A DNA stretch of 64,000 nucleotides from Eledone cirrhosa (Eukaryota). The translations under genes were made by a program, and so were the position numbers. Shown here in pieces: positions 35,984 to 50,574 of this stretch. The first letter of the stretch is position 1. Each line of letters begins with the position of its first letter. The stretch is from contig OZ024740.1 of NCBI GenBank assembly GCA_964016885.1, positions 162,006,001-162,070,000 of the forward strand. Direction: 5' to 3'. The notes under the pieces were generated by a model. It saw only the letters and a list, made by a program, of their open reading frames with translations, ran no database searches and was not told the DNA's origin.

Positions 35984-37238
35984 GATATGAAGATGGGGAA
36001 GGCAACTAGTCCATCGGGTATAGCTGCCGAGATGCTGAAGGCATCTGGGTCTGCAGGTCACACTATAACCACACGTATTGTTAACCAGGTAATACTAGGT
36101 GTCATACCAAAAGATTGGTGCAGTAGCATCATTGTCAACTGCTACAAAGGTAAAGGTGATGCACTCGATAGAGGAAACTATAGAGGTATAAAGCTGATGG
36201 ACCAGGTCATGAAAGTAACAGAAAGAGTTATAGCACAGTTGATTAGGGACCGGGTGAAACTAGATGAGATGCAATTTGGGTTTGTACCAGGAAGAGGCAC
36301 CACTGATGCAGTTACAGGAAAAGTACCTAGTTAAAAGTAAGCCACTCTACCTGGCATTCGTTGATCTCGAGAAAGCCTTTGACAGAGTTCCACGTGCTGT
36401 AATCTGGTGGGCTCTTAGAAAACTAGGAGTAGATGAATGGCTTGTGAAAGCTGTACAAGCCATGTATAGGGGAACAGTCAGCAAAGTTAGGATTAGCAAT
36501 GAGTATAGCGAGGAATTTAGCATACAGGTTGGGGTCCACCAGGGCTCTGTTCTTAGCCCTCTCCTGTTCATCATAGTCCTGCAGGCAATAACGGAGGAGT
36601 TTAAGACCGGATGCCCATGGGAACTCCTGTATGCTGATGACCTTGCACTTATAGCTGAATCTATGGTAGAACTAGAGAAGAAATTCCAAACATGGAAGCA
36701 GGGACTAGAAAGAAAGGGTCTCAAAGTCAACATGACAAAGACTAAGGTCCTTGTAAGTAGACGAGAAAACAGAACCCAGATCCCCTCAGGGAAATGGCCT
36801 TGCTCAGTATGTAGGAAAGGTGTAGGTAGGAACTCCATTCTCTTCCCCAAATGCAAACAATGGGTACACAAGAGATGTAGCGGGATCTCAGGAAGCTTAA
36901 TTAAGAATGTAGGCTTCACATGCAGCAGCTGTACTGGGACAGCAAGCAGCAAACAGGTACCACCAATCTCTGGGAGGGCTCTGTAGAAACAGTAGACAGC
37001 TTCTGCTACCTAGGTGACCGAATTAGCAGCGGAGGTGGGTGTTCAGAAAGTACAATAACTAGGGTAAGAACGGGATGGAAGAAGTTTAGGGAACTACTAC
37101 CACTGCTAGCTGCAAAAGGCTTCTCCCTCAAAATGAAAGGCAGACTGTATGATGCGTGTATCCGAACAGCGATGTTGCATGGTAGTGAGACCTGGGCGCT
37201 GAAGGTGGAAGACTAACATAGATTAGAGAGAAACGAAG
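35981..37238 (+). mobile_element. RTE-clade LINE fragment (RT + PHD-type finger), truncated at both ends
   Basis: Three ORF pieces (35921-36334, 36264-36986, 36920-37216) closely homologous to the 11103-12980 protein; deletions near 36305 and 36965; 5' junction at (TA)n. Confidence 0.93.
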
Positions 37239-37779
37239 ATTTCCTACATGAGCAGCTGATGTACTTCCATACTAACCATATACAGGCCTGACCCCTGTAT
37301 TGATTCAAGAGTGAAAGAGTCAATTTGCTGCCTGTTATGTTGCAAGTTTTGACCTAGTCCTCCAGTTTACAAACACTGTTTCCCTTATTCCCACTAACCT
37401 CCTTGGTTCTGAACAGCGTCATGGACATGACCCCATCCTCCCTGACTAAACAGTTAAAAAAAGGGTATACTGGGATGATTTCTTGTTGATTTCTCCAAGC
37501 TTGAGTTAAGATACGAGCTCAGCAATATAAGCTTACAAAAAATATCCAAATACAAAAAAAAAAACCCCAGCAAAACAACCAACAACAACAAACTTGTTAA
37601 TCATCCAACGTCTTCTTTATTTCCAATTGGCTTACCTCTTGAATTTAGAGAAGAATGCAAGGGGAAATAACTGAATATGGAAAAGTCACTTTGTGCAGTG
37701 CTCTACTACTGCTGCTGCTACTACTACTACTACTACAACTACTGCTACTACTACTGTCACCATGAAGAACAAAAATAAT

Positions 37780-38165
37780 TTTTCTAATTTAGGTACAAGG
37801 CCAGCAATTTGTAGTGAGGGGAAAGTTGATTAAATCAACCCCCAGTACTTTATTTTATCAACTCCCCAGAATGTAAAGAGTCAGAAAAAATTCTGCACAG
37901 TATTTCGTTTGGCACTAACAATTCTGCCATTCTGCCTATCTGCCACCTAATAATAATCATTCTTTCTAACACTAGTGCAAGGTCAACAATTTGGGGATAG
38001 GCAACAGACAATTATATTGACCCTAGTATTTAACTAGTACTTTAATTTATCGATCCCAGATGCATGAAAGGCAAAGTTGACCTCAGAACATAGAATGTAA
38101 TAACTAAATACAGCAAAGCATTTTGTCTGACGCTCTACTGATACTGCCATTCCATCACCTAATAA
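37780..38165 (-). mobile_element. Two degenerate Nin/Deu-domain SINE copies
   Basis: tttctaa...caaggccagcaatt...tactttattttatc...gaaaggcaaagttgacctc blocks. Confidence 0.75.
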
Positions 38166-38744
38166 TAATAATAATTACTACGCAGTAACCAAATATCTTT
38201 ACATCCTCATCATTTTACATCTGTTTTCCATGCTGGCAATGGTTGGTTCTTATTCAGTTACTGCACTCTTTAACATGCAAGAGGATAATGTACCACTTAT
38301 ATTTTTCATGGTTTCTACAGCTGGATGCTCTATCTAACACCACTCACTTAACAGTATGTACTGGGTACAATTTATCGTGGCACCAGCACTAGAGAAATAG
38401 TCACTCCAAAGGCAAGACTTACCCCTACAGTCTCTGTTCATTTTCCATATGCTTTACAGAATACATTTTCTCATACAAAATTATAGAAATTAATGCAAAG
38501 CAATATGAAGATTTAACAGAGAAAGTGAAAATGCAGTAAATGGAAGGGATGTGAAAAGTACATGCATTTATATATAACTGGCACTCCATTAGTTACAAGT
38601 TTTACAGTTGATTCAATCACTGGAATAGCCTGCTTGTGAGATTAATGTGTAAGTGGCTGAACATTCCACAGACACGCGTACCTTTAACGTAATTCTTAGA
38701 GAGATTCAGCATTACACAGAATGTGACAAGGCTGTCCCTTCAGG

Positions 38745-38885
38745 AAGAACTCATTTTTACCAGCTGAGTGGACTGGAGCAATGTGAAATTAAGTGTCTTG
38801 TCCAAAGACAAAATGTGTCTCCAGGAATCGAACTCATGGCCTTATGATCACAAATCGAATACCCTAACCACTAAGCCAGACAACT
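38745..38885 (-). mobile_element. Partial CORE-like SINE (head + core)
   Basis: cagctgagtggactggagcaatgtgaaattaagtgtcttg...gaatcgaactc...ctaaccactaagcca. Confidence 0.8.
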
Positions 38886-40297
38886 TCACATACACACACA
38901 AATACTTGAAATTTCAGGACACTTCTCCCAATTCTCTTTTGAGATGAATCATGGCTTTTCTCCTTATTACTATATTTTAAAAAATGGAAGGATATGGTAG
39001 ATAATGTAAACTCAGATATATGATCGGAAAAAGAAAGAGACAGATGGTTACAGCTGGAGTGGGTTTGATAAGGCTGCTCAAACAAGGCTTTCCAGAGGAT
39101 AAACAACAACAATAACAACTAAAGTTGATCTTCAAGCACTGTTAGAGTGCTTAAGAGTTACCTTGTTCTCTTCATATCCATGGTCATGCCTGTCTTAACT
39201 TAATTGACAAAAATGAGAAATTGTCATAGAGACAAAAATGAGATATTGTCAGATATTGTCATAGAAAAAAAAAGAAAGAAAAAAGATCTGAAAAAGGTGT
39301 AAAAAGAAGAATACTGAAAAAATAAGATATAAAAATTTACTGAAAGATGTACTTCAAAAATCTACTTAAAATAGTGGGGGAAAATAATCTGACATTGGGG
39401 TTCACAGTAGTTAATATTAATAGAAGCAACGTCAATTCTGTTTGGCTTACTTAACAGGTAATCATTAGGTTAAAATTGGCTAATTTCTAAGGATAAAAAA
39501 CAAATACTATGGTAATATTACAAATTATAATATTATATATAATCGCAATATTGCATATAATTCTATCATTTTCTTCTTTTTCAAATGTTATATTCTATTT
39601 CACTTCTTGCATCAAAATGTGATTTATCTATATAATAGATACTTCTCAGCATGAGAAATCAAGTAATAAATTTGGGCAGAGCAACTAAGGATGGCAAATA
39701 TGCATATTGTTTAGCCCTTTAAACTGGCCACATCCGGCCAAAATTCTCTCACCTCTTTCTGTTCAAACTGGCTGTAACCAGCCACTCATACTGATGTTGA
39801 GGTTTTGTTCTCAAAATCTCGTAGATTCAATATTATGTAAGATAATTATGTGATACCGTGAAAATATAATAATAAATATAGAATAATGTAAATGCTAAAG
39901 GGTTAAACATGATAACCTCTGTAAAGTTGTTGGTGAAAGAAAAAAGACAATGTCAGATCAAGAGCATCCTTGAGCTTTACCAAGGACATTACAACATCAC
40001 TTGTATTGGTTGCACAATAAAATATAATCAGATATAAAATGACAACGATAATTTGAAAAATAACTGCTTACTGATATCTTTAGCAACCAGCATTTTCAGT
40101 TGTTTTATTTTTTTAATTTAACCAAAAAAGATTTGTTAGTTACATAATTTTATCTATGAGGTGATTTTTGTTTTCTTAAAAAAAAAAAAATGTTTTTCTC
40201 TACAGCTAGGGTATTCACACAAAAGCAAAAAAAGACTACCGATCACACAAAAGCAAAATAAGAATTTAAAAAAAAAAATCTTTTTGGATGAGTCACT

Positions 40298-40512
40298 TAA
40301 CACTTTCAGTGCCAAAACCATACAGATAAAATGTTTTACTCTCCCACCTAATCTGTACGAAAGGTATACTGGTATGTTTTAATTTAGTTTATGAAGACAA
40401 AGTAAATAAAGCTATTTCTCTAAAAGAATGCATATGTGTAATTACTGGTCTGGTGCAGTAAAATACAAAAGGTATTGGGGGGGGGGGGGTGAACTGGCAT
40501 AGAAAGAGTTAA
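40298..40512. mobile_element. piggyBac-like MITE
   Basis: ttaacactttcagtgcca / tggcatagaaagagttaa termini with TTAA. Confidence 0.55.
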
Positions 40513-43500
40513 TTTATGAGACCAATTCTAATTACCAATTTAAGAATTCTTGTTTAGAAGTGTTCTTCAAATTTCTTACACAAATGCCCACCAAGATAAT
40601 TTTCTTTATAAACAACTTAACTTATAAAATTCATTTCTCTGTACAACACTATCATCATTTAACATCTATTTTTCCACATTAGCATGGGTTAGATGTGTTC
40701 TCCCGTTTGAGGCAAGTTGGGTTGGGTGACCATGTCTTGCTCACATAGAACTGTTTCTGGCTTGGTTTCTATGGCTAGATGCCCTTTCTAATGCCAATTT
40801 AATGAATATTAAAAACAAAAAATGAAACAAAAATAAACACACAAATAAGAAAATTAAGAAGTTGATCTTGGTATTGTTGTTTAACCCCAAATCAGTTCCA
40901 ACTGAGTAGACATTCCAGCTGTGACTAACATTATGCAATATATCCTTCCTTATTTGTAAAACTGAAGGGGTGTGTTATTTTAAGAGCAATCATGTAAATC
41001 TCTGGGATGTGCCATCACATGGAAAAGTTTCTTCATTGTTGCTTGATCATAATATATGTTAAAAAGTAATGTATAAAAAAACTATCATATGGCTAAAATC
41101 TACAATTAAACAGATGGAAAATGAGGGGGGGGGGGGGGGTCCTAACAAATTTTTTAGTGGTTTGTGTACCACTCAAGGATTCTTCATCCATTGGAACAGT
41201 GCATGATTAAAGTTCTGGACTAAAAAATGTAAGTGACCTAAAAATCAAATTGGTAATAAATAAAATTAATCTTATTGAATATTAATAGAATTGCAAAATA
41301 ACTCTTATGGTATTTTTTTCTTTGAAAAACAAAGACCCCTTGCTTTGAGCCATCAACTCTTGGTAGAATCAATGGGGCACCATTGTAATATAGGTTATGT
41401 CTTGGACATGGAAAAATCAAGACAAGAATCTATCACAGTATTAAATTGGTACTTTATTTAACAACCTCAGAGGATGAAAGGCAAAGTTGATCTTCAAGGG
41501 ATTTTTAATTCAAACCACAAATCCAGAATAAATATCACTATCACTAACAACTCTGCTGACTTGACACAGATTACTGTGATAGTATAGCAATGTAACAACA
41601 CTTACATCAAAATGTAGACACATTAACACATTCAGGTATATACATCCACTAACCCGTTCCTGAGTATATTTTTTAGTGAAATCCACTCTCCATATATTTC
41701 AATTAATTTCTCCATATAATCAAAAATGTTGAGGGGTTTAGTGAAACTACCATTATAAAGATAGTGTTTGAAGCATAAACATTATTAAATAAAGGTTCAG
41801 ATTTAAATATGAACACATTAAAACATATGGTTTTGTATATTATAGGACTAGAGAAGGTCACAGGCAGATTGGCACCAGAAGGGTTACACTTCTCAGCTAT
41901 TTACATGAAATATTTACAAAGAAAAAAGCGTGCATACTTCTTGATTTGTGAGTGTATATACTCGCGTGCATGTGTGGATGTATGTATATGGGTGGAAGGA
42001 TCTCTCCCAGAAGACCTGTAAATTAAAATTTCTGAACTACTCACCCTGTCTTTCCTGTATAATTATTCTAGACAATTTGATTGGTTCATTCCATGATTGG
42101 CTTCAAGAGCCCTATACGTATCACCTACCTATATATAAACATTTTTTAAAGATTTTGTTTTTACTAGCCTGTAAAATAAATGGTTATGGGTGTTGAAAAC
42201 TCTGCATTAGAAGTAAAGGTTCTGAATTCAATCCAAGTTTATGCTATTTTGTTTATATGTAGGAATAACACACCTAAAGACAACTGAACTAATAAACCAA
42301 TCAAAATGAGTCATAGAACAAAGTAACATGAAACTGAAATTATTTTTCTAATGAAAAAAATATATAGATATATATAAATGGGAGGTTGGGGATAGAAGTA
42401 AAACTGTGAAACAATGGGGCACAAATATGCATACACATGGGGAATACACATGTACATGTGCACATAGCATATGTACTTGTTTACAGTAATACATGTCAAT
42501 TTTTGCAATAACCTCATAACATTGGTTTCACCCTTCCATTACTATATTTCTAACAAAAAACATTGCCTATAATTTTCAAATCATTTTGAAAAATAATCAA
42601 GGATTTAGTAAAATAACTAATTTATCATTACTACACTGCTATTTGGAATATAACAAAGATCTCAGATGAAATTAAGATGGAGGGTTTTTAAGATGGATAT
42701 ATACACTTTAAAATAAAGAGGTGGATTTAGTTGGTGTGATATCAAAGAGTTAATAATGATAAGTAGCTGAGATTAATTTCTTCCTGACTGTTTACCAGTC
42801 TACATGTATGCATCCATAACCTTTTTAGGGCCTCAGAAACAGGTAAAGAAAAAGAGGTGAATAAACCTAAACTCATGTAGGAAACAGTACATACAGCACA
42901 GATATCCCCACAAGAGAGACCTGGTCTGAACACTGAACTCAAGTTTCAGGTAGTCAGGTTAACTGGTTCAACAAAGTCATCTTTTCATGACCATCTTTTT
43001 AATTAAATACACCAACTTTATACCTTATTAATTTAAAAAATAAAAAATATTGGCTATGTTTATGAAATAACTAATTGATTTCTATATGAAGCCAGTGTTT
43101 AAATGATAATATGTGAAGAGTAATTACAACAAAAATTATGATAAATATTTGAGAACATAAAAAGTGGTAACAAGCCCCATGTGATCATATCGACAAGTGA
43201 CTGGACTTGCAAGTATCAGTGTGTGTGTATTCACATGTGTGAGTGTGTGTGCCCGTCCATGTGCTGCAGATAAACAGTTAGACAGATATGATTTGTTATT
43301 ATTTTAAACAAATAAAAATTAAAAGTAAAAAGGATCATTTGCGAGTTTCAACAATAAGTATTCATATTGTTCTATAAACAGAACTAACTTGCTGAATTGT
43401 AGTGCAAGTGATTGAGCATTCCATATATGCTTATTTTATTTATAGCCTTAATGTAATCCTCAGGCAGACGCAACATAACAGTGTGTGTATGTCTGACAAG

Positions 43501-43890
43501 TCTAGACCTTCAAATTAAAAGTGGTTGAATCGATTGGCTTCCACAGTTACCAGCTACTCTATTTCACTAACAGACTTGTGTTAACTTGATTACTATGGTA
43601 AAAAACACTTGACCATGATGCTATACAATGGGATCTAACCCAATATTTTAGTTGTGAGGCGATCTTCTTAATCACATGTTACAATAAGAGAAAACACACT
43701 CACTTATACACAATAAGAATAGATTAAATTTATACCTTATTAATTTTAAAAATAAAATAAAAATTGGCTACATTTATGAAATAACTCATTTTTACATTGA
43801 TTTCTATATGAAGCCAGTGTTCTTGTATAAAACTATGATAGAAAGTTTTAATTTAAATCTAATACATGCCACAATAAGAGAACACACACT

Positions 43891-44065
43891 TACCCTATAA
43901 ACTCGTGTATAAGACACCTCCAATTTACATACATTCTTGGCTCAGAACTTGATTTGAATTGAGGTTTTGAAGGTCCACAAGATAAGTAGTATGCTAGTTT
44001 TTTTGTTTTTTTTTAATCGTATTTTCGTAGAAAACAGTGTGACTTATACACAAGTATATATGGTA
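43891..44065. mobile_element. TA-flanked MITE (Tc1/mariner-pogo type)
   Basis: TIRs taccctataaactcgtgtataag / cttatacacaagtatatatggta; relatives at about 34008-34175 and 8095-8163. Confidence 0.7.
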
Positions 44066-44069
44066 TATA

Positions 44070-44146
44070 CAGGGTGTCCCAAAAATGTATACACACTTCA
44101 ATAGCATTCTAATCAAAGTGTGTATACATTTTGGGGGGACATCCTG
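44070..44146. mobile_element. 77-bp Tc1/mariner-type MITE
   Basis: TA|cagggtgtcccaaaaatgtatacacactt ... aagtgtgtatacattttggggggacatcctg|TA; decayed relative at about 7540-7626. Confidence 0.85.
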
Positions 44147-44699
44147 TATATTAAATATGATCATGTTTTTTAATACACATTCACGCCAGTGATGTGCAGT
44201 AGGATCTAACTCAAGATATAACAGAGAGGTGAGTTTCTCAACTATTCAGCTATAAGCACAACAAAAGTGAACACACAAACACACACATAACTATATATTA
44301 AACATGTTTTCTTATATACATGCATGATTATTATATATAATAAAAAAATATTTTAAAAAAGGTCAAAATATTTTAAAATCTAATTTAAGTGAGGTTTATA
44401 ACTATATAGATCTTCAAATAGTTACAATTAAAAACAAAATATATGTATAAAACATATGAAAAGATTAATGTCCATTGAGCTTGTCAAGGCCAGACATTTA
44501 TACTTAAGAGATTAAGTAAAAAAAATGATAAAATTAGATAATTCAATAGATGTGATTATGGAGGAATACACATATACACATATACTCATTAACAGACATA
44601 CAAATGCACAAACACACACACACACACATATATATATATGTGTATGTATGTATATATATGTATATATATATATATATATATAATGTGTATGTATGTATC

Positions 44700-44743
<44 letters not shown>

Positions 44744-47700
44744 GTGTATGTATATATATACAGATACACACACACATATATAGTAGATACATACACACAC
44801 ACATATATACACACTACTGCACGGTGTTGCCAAAATCACTAGCTATTTCGATACAGGCTTTTTAGATTCAATTTCAATATCAAATTCTTTATAGTTATAA
44901 AATTTTGGTCTTTTCCATGATTTTTTTCTACGTTGAAATTAATCAGTATTTTTTTTTTTTACTATACTAAGATTGTTAGCAAACATTAAAAAAAAAATCA
45001 AATTCAAAATATTTTATATATTTTTAAATACTTTAGTTGATTGAAGAAATTGCTCAGAAGAATGATCTCTCTTGGGTATTAAGTCAGTCATTAGCCTCTC
45101 TAAAGAAGTATATTTACCAATAGTAGTTAACATATTCACTTTCACAAGCCATATCTAGTGTACTATGACCAAATAAAGCAGAAAGAAAGTTTAATGACTT
45201 TAGCATTTAAATCGGCCATATCCGGCCAGAATTCTCTCACCTCTTTCTGTTCAAACTAGCGACTCATACTGATGTTAGGGTTTTGTTCTCAAAATAAATA
45301 ATATCAAAATCTCATAGATTCTATATTATGTGAGATATTATGAGAGATAAAGACTTTATCGTGAAAATACAATTGTAATCCAAATAAATCCACCCTCTCT
45401 TACACACACACACATTCCTTATTCTTTTATTGGTTTCAATCATTGGACTGTGGCCTTGCTGAGACACTCTCTTCAAGGTACTTAGTCAATCATATTGACC
45501 ACTGCCACTTATTTTTTTCATGTATGTTATTTATTTCATAAATTTCCCTTTGTCAAACCAGTAAGTTATGGATGGGACAAACAAACAGACACAGACACAT
45601 ATACACATAAAACACTGGCCTAAGTTGCAGAGGGACATAATTATAAAGTGAACTTCTTAAACCACTCAGCCATACTGACATTTTTTTCTTCATACAAACA
45701 GTTATATAATGTTAGTTGATAGTTGATATGACCTGTAGAGAAGCAGCCTTATAGGAGGCTGGCTAAACCTACAAAGGTATGAACTTTAATGACAATATAA
45801 TGTTGAGGACTATTCTAAAGCGAGTGAAACAAATAAAAGGAGTTAGTATTCACAAAGTCCCTTCTTGTAATGGCAAGAATTTTGATTTCTGTAACTCAAA
45901 CAACGAGCTCAGTCAAATGACAGGGTGAAACTTATATTTGTGGGGTTTGCACTTAGAGAAGCAATAGTGGTGCCCCAGCATGGCCTCCACCTGTCGACTG
46001 GAACAGGTAAAAGATTAAAAAAGTAAGCAAACAATTCTGTGACAAATACTGATTTTGTTCACAACGAGCAGATTAACAGAATTATGTAGTGCAATCGAGA
46101 AAGGGTTGTAGTCAAGATATCAACAAACTCATATCATTTATTTGACCTTAACAACTAATAGAAAAACCATGTCAGCAGAGCAATGATTGCAATAGCAAAT
46201 CACCTGTATAAAATACCTAACCAAGAAGAAGAGATTTTTTTAAAGATTTCAAGTACACAAACAAGAAGGCTGTACATTAAGGTTAGTATTGTTGACCTTT
46301 ACAAGTCTTTAGACCAAACAAACAAGTTGACACTTCCCAATGATACATTTTTCATTTATTTTTTCAGTATTGACAAAAATCATAACCACAGTAAAAAAGG
46401 TTTTATTTTAAACCTAAAATAAAAGCACAGCAGGAAGGAAAGATAGCAGTATATTAGAGATAAAATTTTAGTTGTGAAAAAATCCCCACAAAAAAACCTT
46501 AGGGGTATTATACACATGCATCTGGTGTATGTAAAAAAGTAAAAAGAAATAAATGAAATAGCACCAGAAAACCATGCAGGTCTTTAGCTGTTTGAGGTTT
46601 TAAGTAGAAAACTTCAACTCCAGAGTTACAAAGGAATTGGGTCAGTTAGGATTTTTTTAGATAAACAGAAAGCTAAAGGGATAAACAGATAAATATAACT
46701 GCTACAACTACATTTAATACAACAGTCGCAGCAGTTTCTTACATGTATACAAGGAAATATGAATGGGGAAGTGGGGGTCACACACTGAAGAAAGAGCCAA
46801 ATAAATCAACTGTACTTGACTGGTACCTTATTTGAACTCAAATCATTAAGAACCAGAACAAATATGCTTCTGCTAATCTACTGTCCTACAATAATGATTT
46901 CTGATATAGACACAAGGATTGAAACATTGTGGACAGAGTATAGTGGATTATATCAACTCTACTCTTATTGACTCAAGGAGGATTAAAGGGCTAGTCAAAC
47001 TCAGCAAAGTTTGAAGTTAGAATGTGAACAGCCATAAGTAAATAAATACTACAATTTTGTCTGGCACCCTACCAACCTAATAACAACAATAACAACTTTT
47101 CTAAAATATGAACAAGACCTCACATTTTAGGAGAGGTAAGTAGTTATTAGATCAATCAGGGAACTTAAACTAGCACTTTATCTTAATACCAGAGGGATGA
47201 GAAGTAGAGTAAACCTTGGCAGGATTTGAAATTAGAATGTAAAAGATGTATTACTAAGATCAACAAGAAACTTGACCCTTTCATTACCATATGTCTAATG
47301 AAAAGCAGTGCCTATAATTTTCAAATTATCTTGAAAATTATGAAGAATTTGGAGATTTAGTAATATAACTTTCTCATTATTAAGCTGGCATTCAGAACAT
47401 TACTTAACAAAGGTCTTTATATAAAATTATGGTGGAAGGTTTTTAGATAAATATAAACATTTTATAATCAACAGATTTGTATCATAAAGAATGAGTGGCA
47501 GTTTTAGGCAGTTTGGTATCAAAAGGGTCTAATATTTCTGATACTCTTTCATGATGAAGATCAATTGCACTGGGGGAATACATCAACATCATTTTTATGT
47601 TTAATTTTTCATCCTGGCATACATTGAACGAGAAATTTTTAAAGTAATTTTTCTAGGGCCGGATGCCCTTCAATATATACCGATCATCTTTAACTGCAGG

Positions 47701-49683
47701 ATATAAAAAGAAACATCACTGTTTGCTTTAAACAGTGTTGATAAGAGGATGTAGTAAAATAGACCACAAACACACACAAACCGAGACAGGTTTCCTCACA
47801 GTTTCTAACTACCAAATTCATTTAGAAACTTGAGGCTATAGAGATGGGTGCTGTGCAATGGGATTGAATTTAAAAGTACATGGCTGTAAAACAAACTTCA
47901 TAACCACACACTCACAACTATGATAATAATAATAATTGTTTCTACTTTGGGCACAAGGCCAGCAATTACTCAGTGCATTACTGGTACTTTATTTTATAGG
48001 CAAAGTTATGATAATAATAATAATAAAATCAATAACATCCATCCCCAACAGGACTGGAATTGAAAACAGGCTCTCAATCTTATACAATGTGCAAGATAAA
48101 CATCTGGATGGACTGTGAGTGCAAGGGACAATAGGGATGTGGGTGGGTGGGGGGGGGGGGAATACATTAATGATAAGATCTCAGTTCATCAGGTGTTTCA
48201 TGTGCATGTCAAAATAAATAATTAATTATATATAAATTCCTGCAAGTTGTCCCATATTCTTCAGTCAAAGAAAGCCCGAAATATTTAAAACACTACTTGT
48301 CCTCTTTCATTAAACAATTTAGATAGAGAAAGCATACAACCATACAACCTATCATACTAGTCTCATCCATCTTAACTGCCTTGCTACATATAATGACAAT
48401 ATGATTTATACATTCAACATAAAACAACTAATTTGTAGAGGAAATTATAGTGAATTACATGAATTAACGCTCATATATACATGGTACATATTTTAGTACC
48501 CCCAAGAGGGATAATAGGCAAAGTGATCAGTGGTGGGGTTTGAACTCAGAATATACAAGGATGAAACTAATATAAGGGAAAACTGGAATGTCGTGACAGT
48601 GGAAGTCATGCCCATCCTATGGGCATTTGCAATGCAAATAAAACAGGGCTAAATTAATAGTGAAACTAGGTTGACAATTTATTTAAACTTACCATGAAAT
48701 CTGTTACTATCATGATGTGAATGTTTTTTAAGTATGACACAAAGTCCTTTCTTGTGAAGAGGCTGTGGTGGATAGAGCTGACTGAGTTAAACTTCAAATA
48801 TTTTTGTTGCTTTAACAACTGAAACCTGGTCAGATGATAGGTGTAGCTTACACCAGTGGGATGTGAACTTAGACCAGTAAACCATTGAAACTAGAAACCA
48901 TAAAGTATTGAGAGGCCAGTATGTTATTATGTGTACCCAAAACAACAACTTTGTCCAATACTTTAATTAGAAGAATAAAAAGAATAGGATTAAGGATAAA
49001 AAGAAAGGGAATTTTAAAAAACACAAAAGAAAAAACGAATAAAGGCTGCATGAATCTTGATAAAATGATAAATTATTGTATTATTATTATTGTTATTACT
49101 GTTGTTGTCGTTGTTGTTAAAGGGTGGTGGATTGGCAAGGGCAGTGGCTATGACTCTTATCGGGCCTCCAAGACTGCTGAGAGGAAAGTAGGAAAGAATG
49201 ACCAAACTGGAGACCTCGCATAAATGCTTGAAAGTGGACACTTCTAAAAACATCCAAGTGCTTGTGTTAAACAAGGCGACGATTTGATCTCAGAAATGCA
49301 GAAAGCCTGAAGAAATATTACAAGATATCCTATACAATACTTCACCAATCTTGCCAGCCTGTCTTAAGTTGGTTCTTTGGTGAAAGGTAAATTTCAACTC
49401 AAATAAACACATTATCTAAGTGAGAACTGCAACTAGGCAACATTCTCAACTTACTGAAGGTTTATATGATGTTCTTTAACCTCTAGCCCTAGGTCAGTTA
49501 AAAAATGGTAATATGTAATTTTATGGGAATGGGGGATTCGGTTGTTATGTTTTCAAGTAGGTTGAGCAACTCATAGGGGCTTCCTCGACAAAGGCAAAAG
49601 TTTAATGCAAAACAAGACAAGTTGGCAACTGAATTTGACAAAAGCAGAGTCTGTGGGTGCGTGTATGTATATATATATATATA

Positions 49684-50574
49684 CAGGGTGCGGACGATAT
49701 TTGTTCGCAATTTTAACTGCTAATTTTATGCAAATTTTTTTTACTTCCATTGTCACTCTTGTCTTCATAAAAACAGTGACTATATTTCCATTATTTATTT
49801 TCAGAATAATTGATTATGAATAATTTTGAACCTCCAAATTTGTGGAAGAGACACAAAGTTCTTCTTGGAATCCGCGCCGGGAGGACAAATAAGACCAGAA
49901 GATCAACTCCAAGAACAACAGGTGGCTCGCTGTGTCATCCAAAGACGTGCCCAGAGTCATGCAGACAAAGTTTCCAGCGACAACATTGGTCTTAGGTGTT
50001 GTCAGCAGTCAAGGTGATGTCATGCCACCTCACTTCTTCCCTGAGGGCCTCAAGCTGAACACCGATGGCTACATCCAGGTTCTGAGCGAGGTAATAAAGC
50101 CCTGGATCGACCAGGTAGCTGCAGGTAGGCCATACGTGTGGCAGCAACACTCAGCGCCCTGCCATACCAGCCGAAAGACCGAAGCCTGGCTGTCAGAGAA
50201 CTTCATCAACCACACTTCACCTGACATCTGGCCTCCCAGATCGCCTGACTGCAACCCCCTCGACTTCTTTGTGTGGGGCACAGTGGAACGAGACACCAAC
50301 AGATCTAGCTGCAATACGAAAGACGATCTGAAGGCCAGGATCACAAGTGCCTTTAGGGGCCTAAGTCGGGGGACAGTGATGAAGGCCTGTAGCCAGTTCT
50401 GAGGCCGCCTTGAGACCGTCATCAAAGCCAATGGCGGGTTTATCGAGTGAGATCGAAAGAACAAGTCATGAAGACAAACTGACCCAAGTTTGATAAATAT
50501 ATCTTAAAAAATAAAACTACTGTGTTATTTTTTCCTAGACAGTAATCTTGTGAACAAATATCGTCCGCACCCTG
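49684..50574 (+). mobile_element. Tc1/mariner DD37D (maT) transposon, internally deleted
   Basis: TIRs cagggtgcggacgatatttgttc / gaacaaatatcgtccgcaccctg, TA duplications, transposase remnant. Confidence 0.95.
49816..50450 (+). pseudogene. DD37D transposase remnant
   Basis: The N-terminal ~25 aa are joined by a deletion to DQKINSKNNRWLA. WQQHSAPCH (second catalytic D replaced by H) lies 37 residues before the D of WPPRSPDCNPLDF. Premature TGA at 50400, then GRLETVIKANGGFIE*. Confidence 0.92.

Noticed and set aside
37255-37320. Faint resemblance to antisense 5S rRNA (tactaacca...ggcctgaccc)
   Set aside because: Too short and gapped to distinguish from chance.
37636-37670. 35-nt minus-strand mini-exon with ttcag/gtaag borders; isolated donor at about 53005
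   Set aside because: Splice-like signals are common by chance; no coding or linking evidence.
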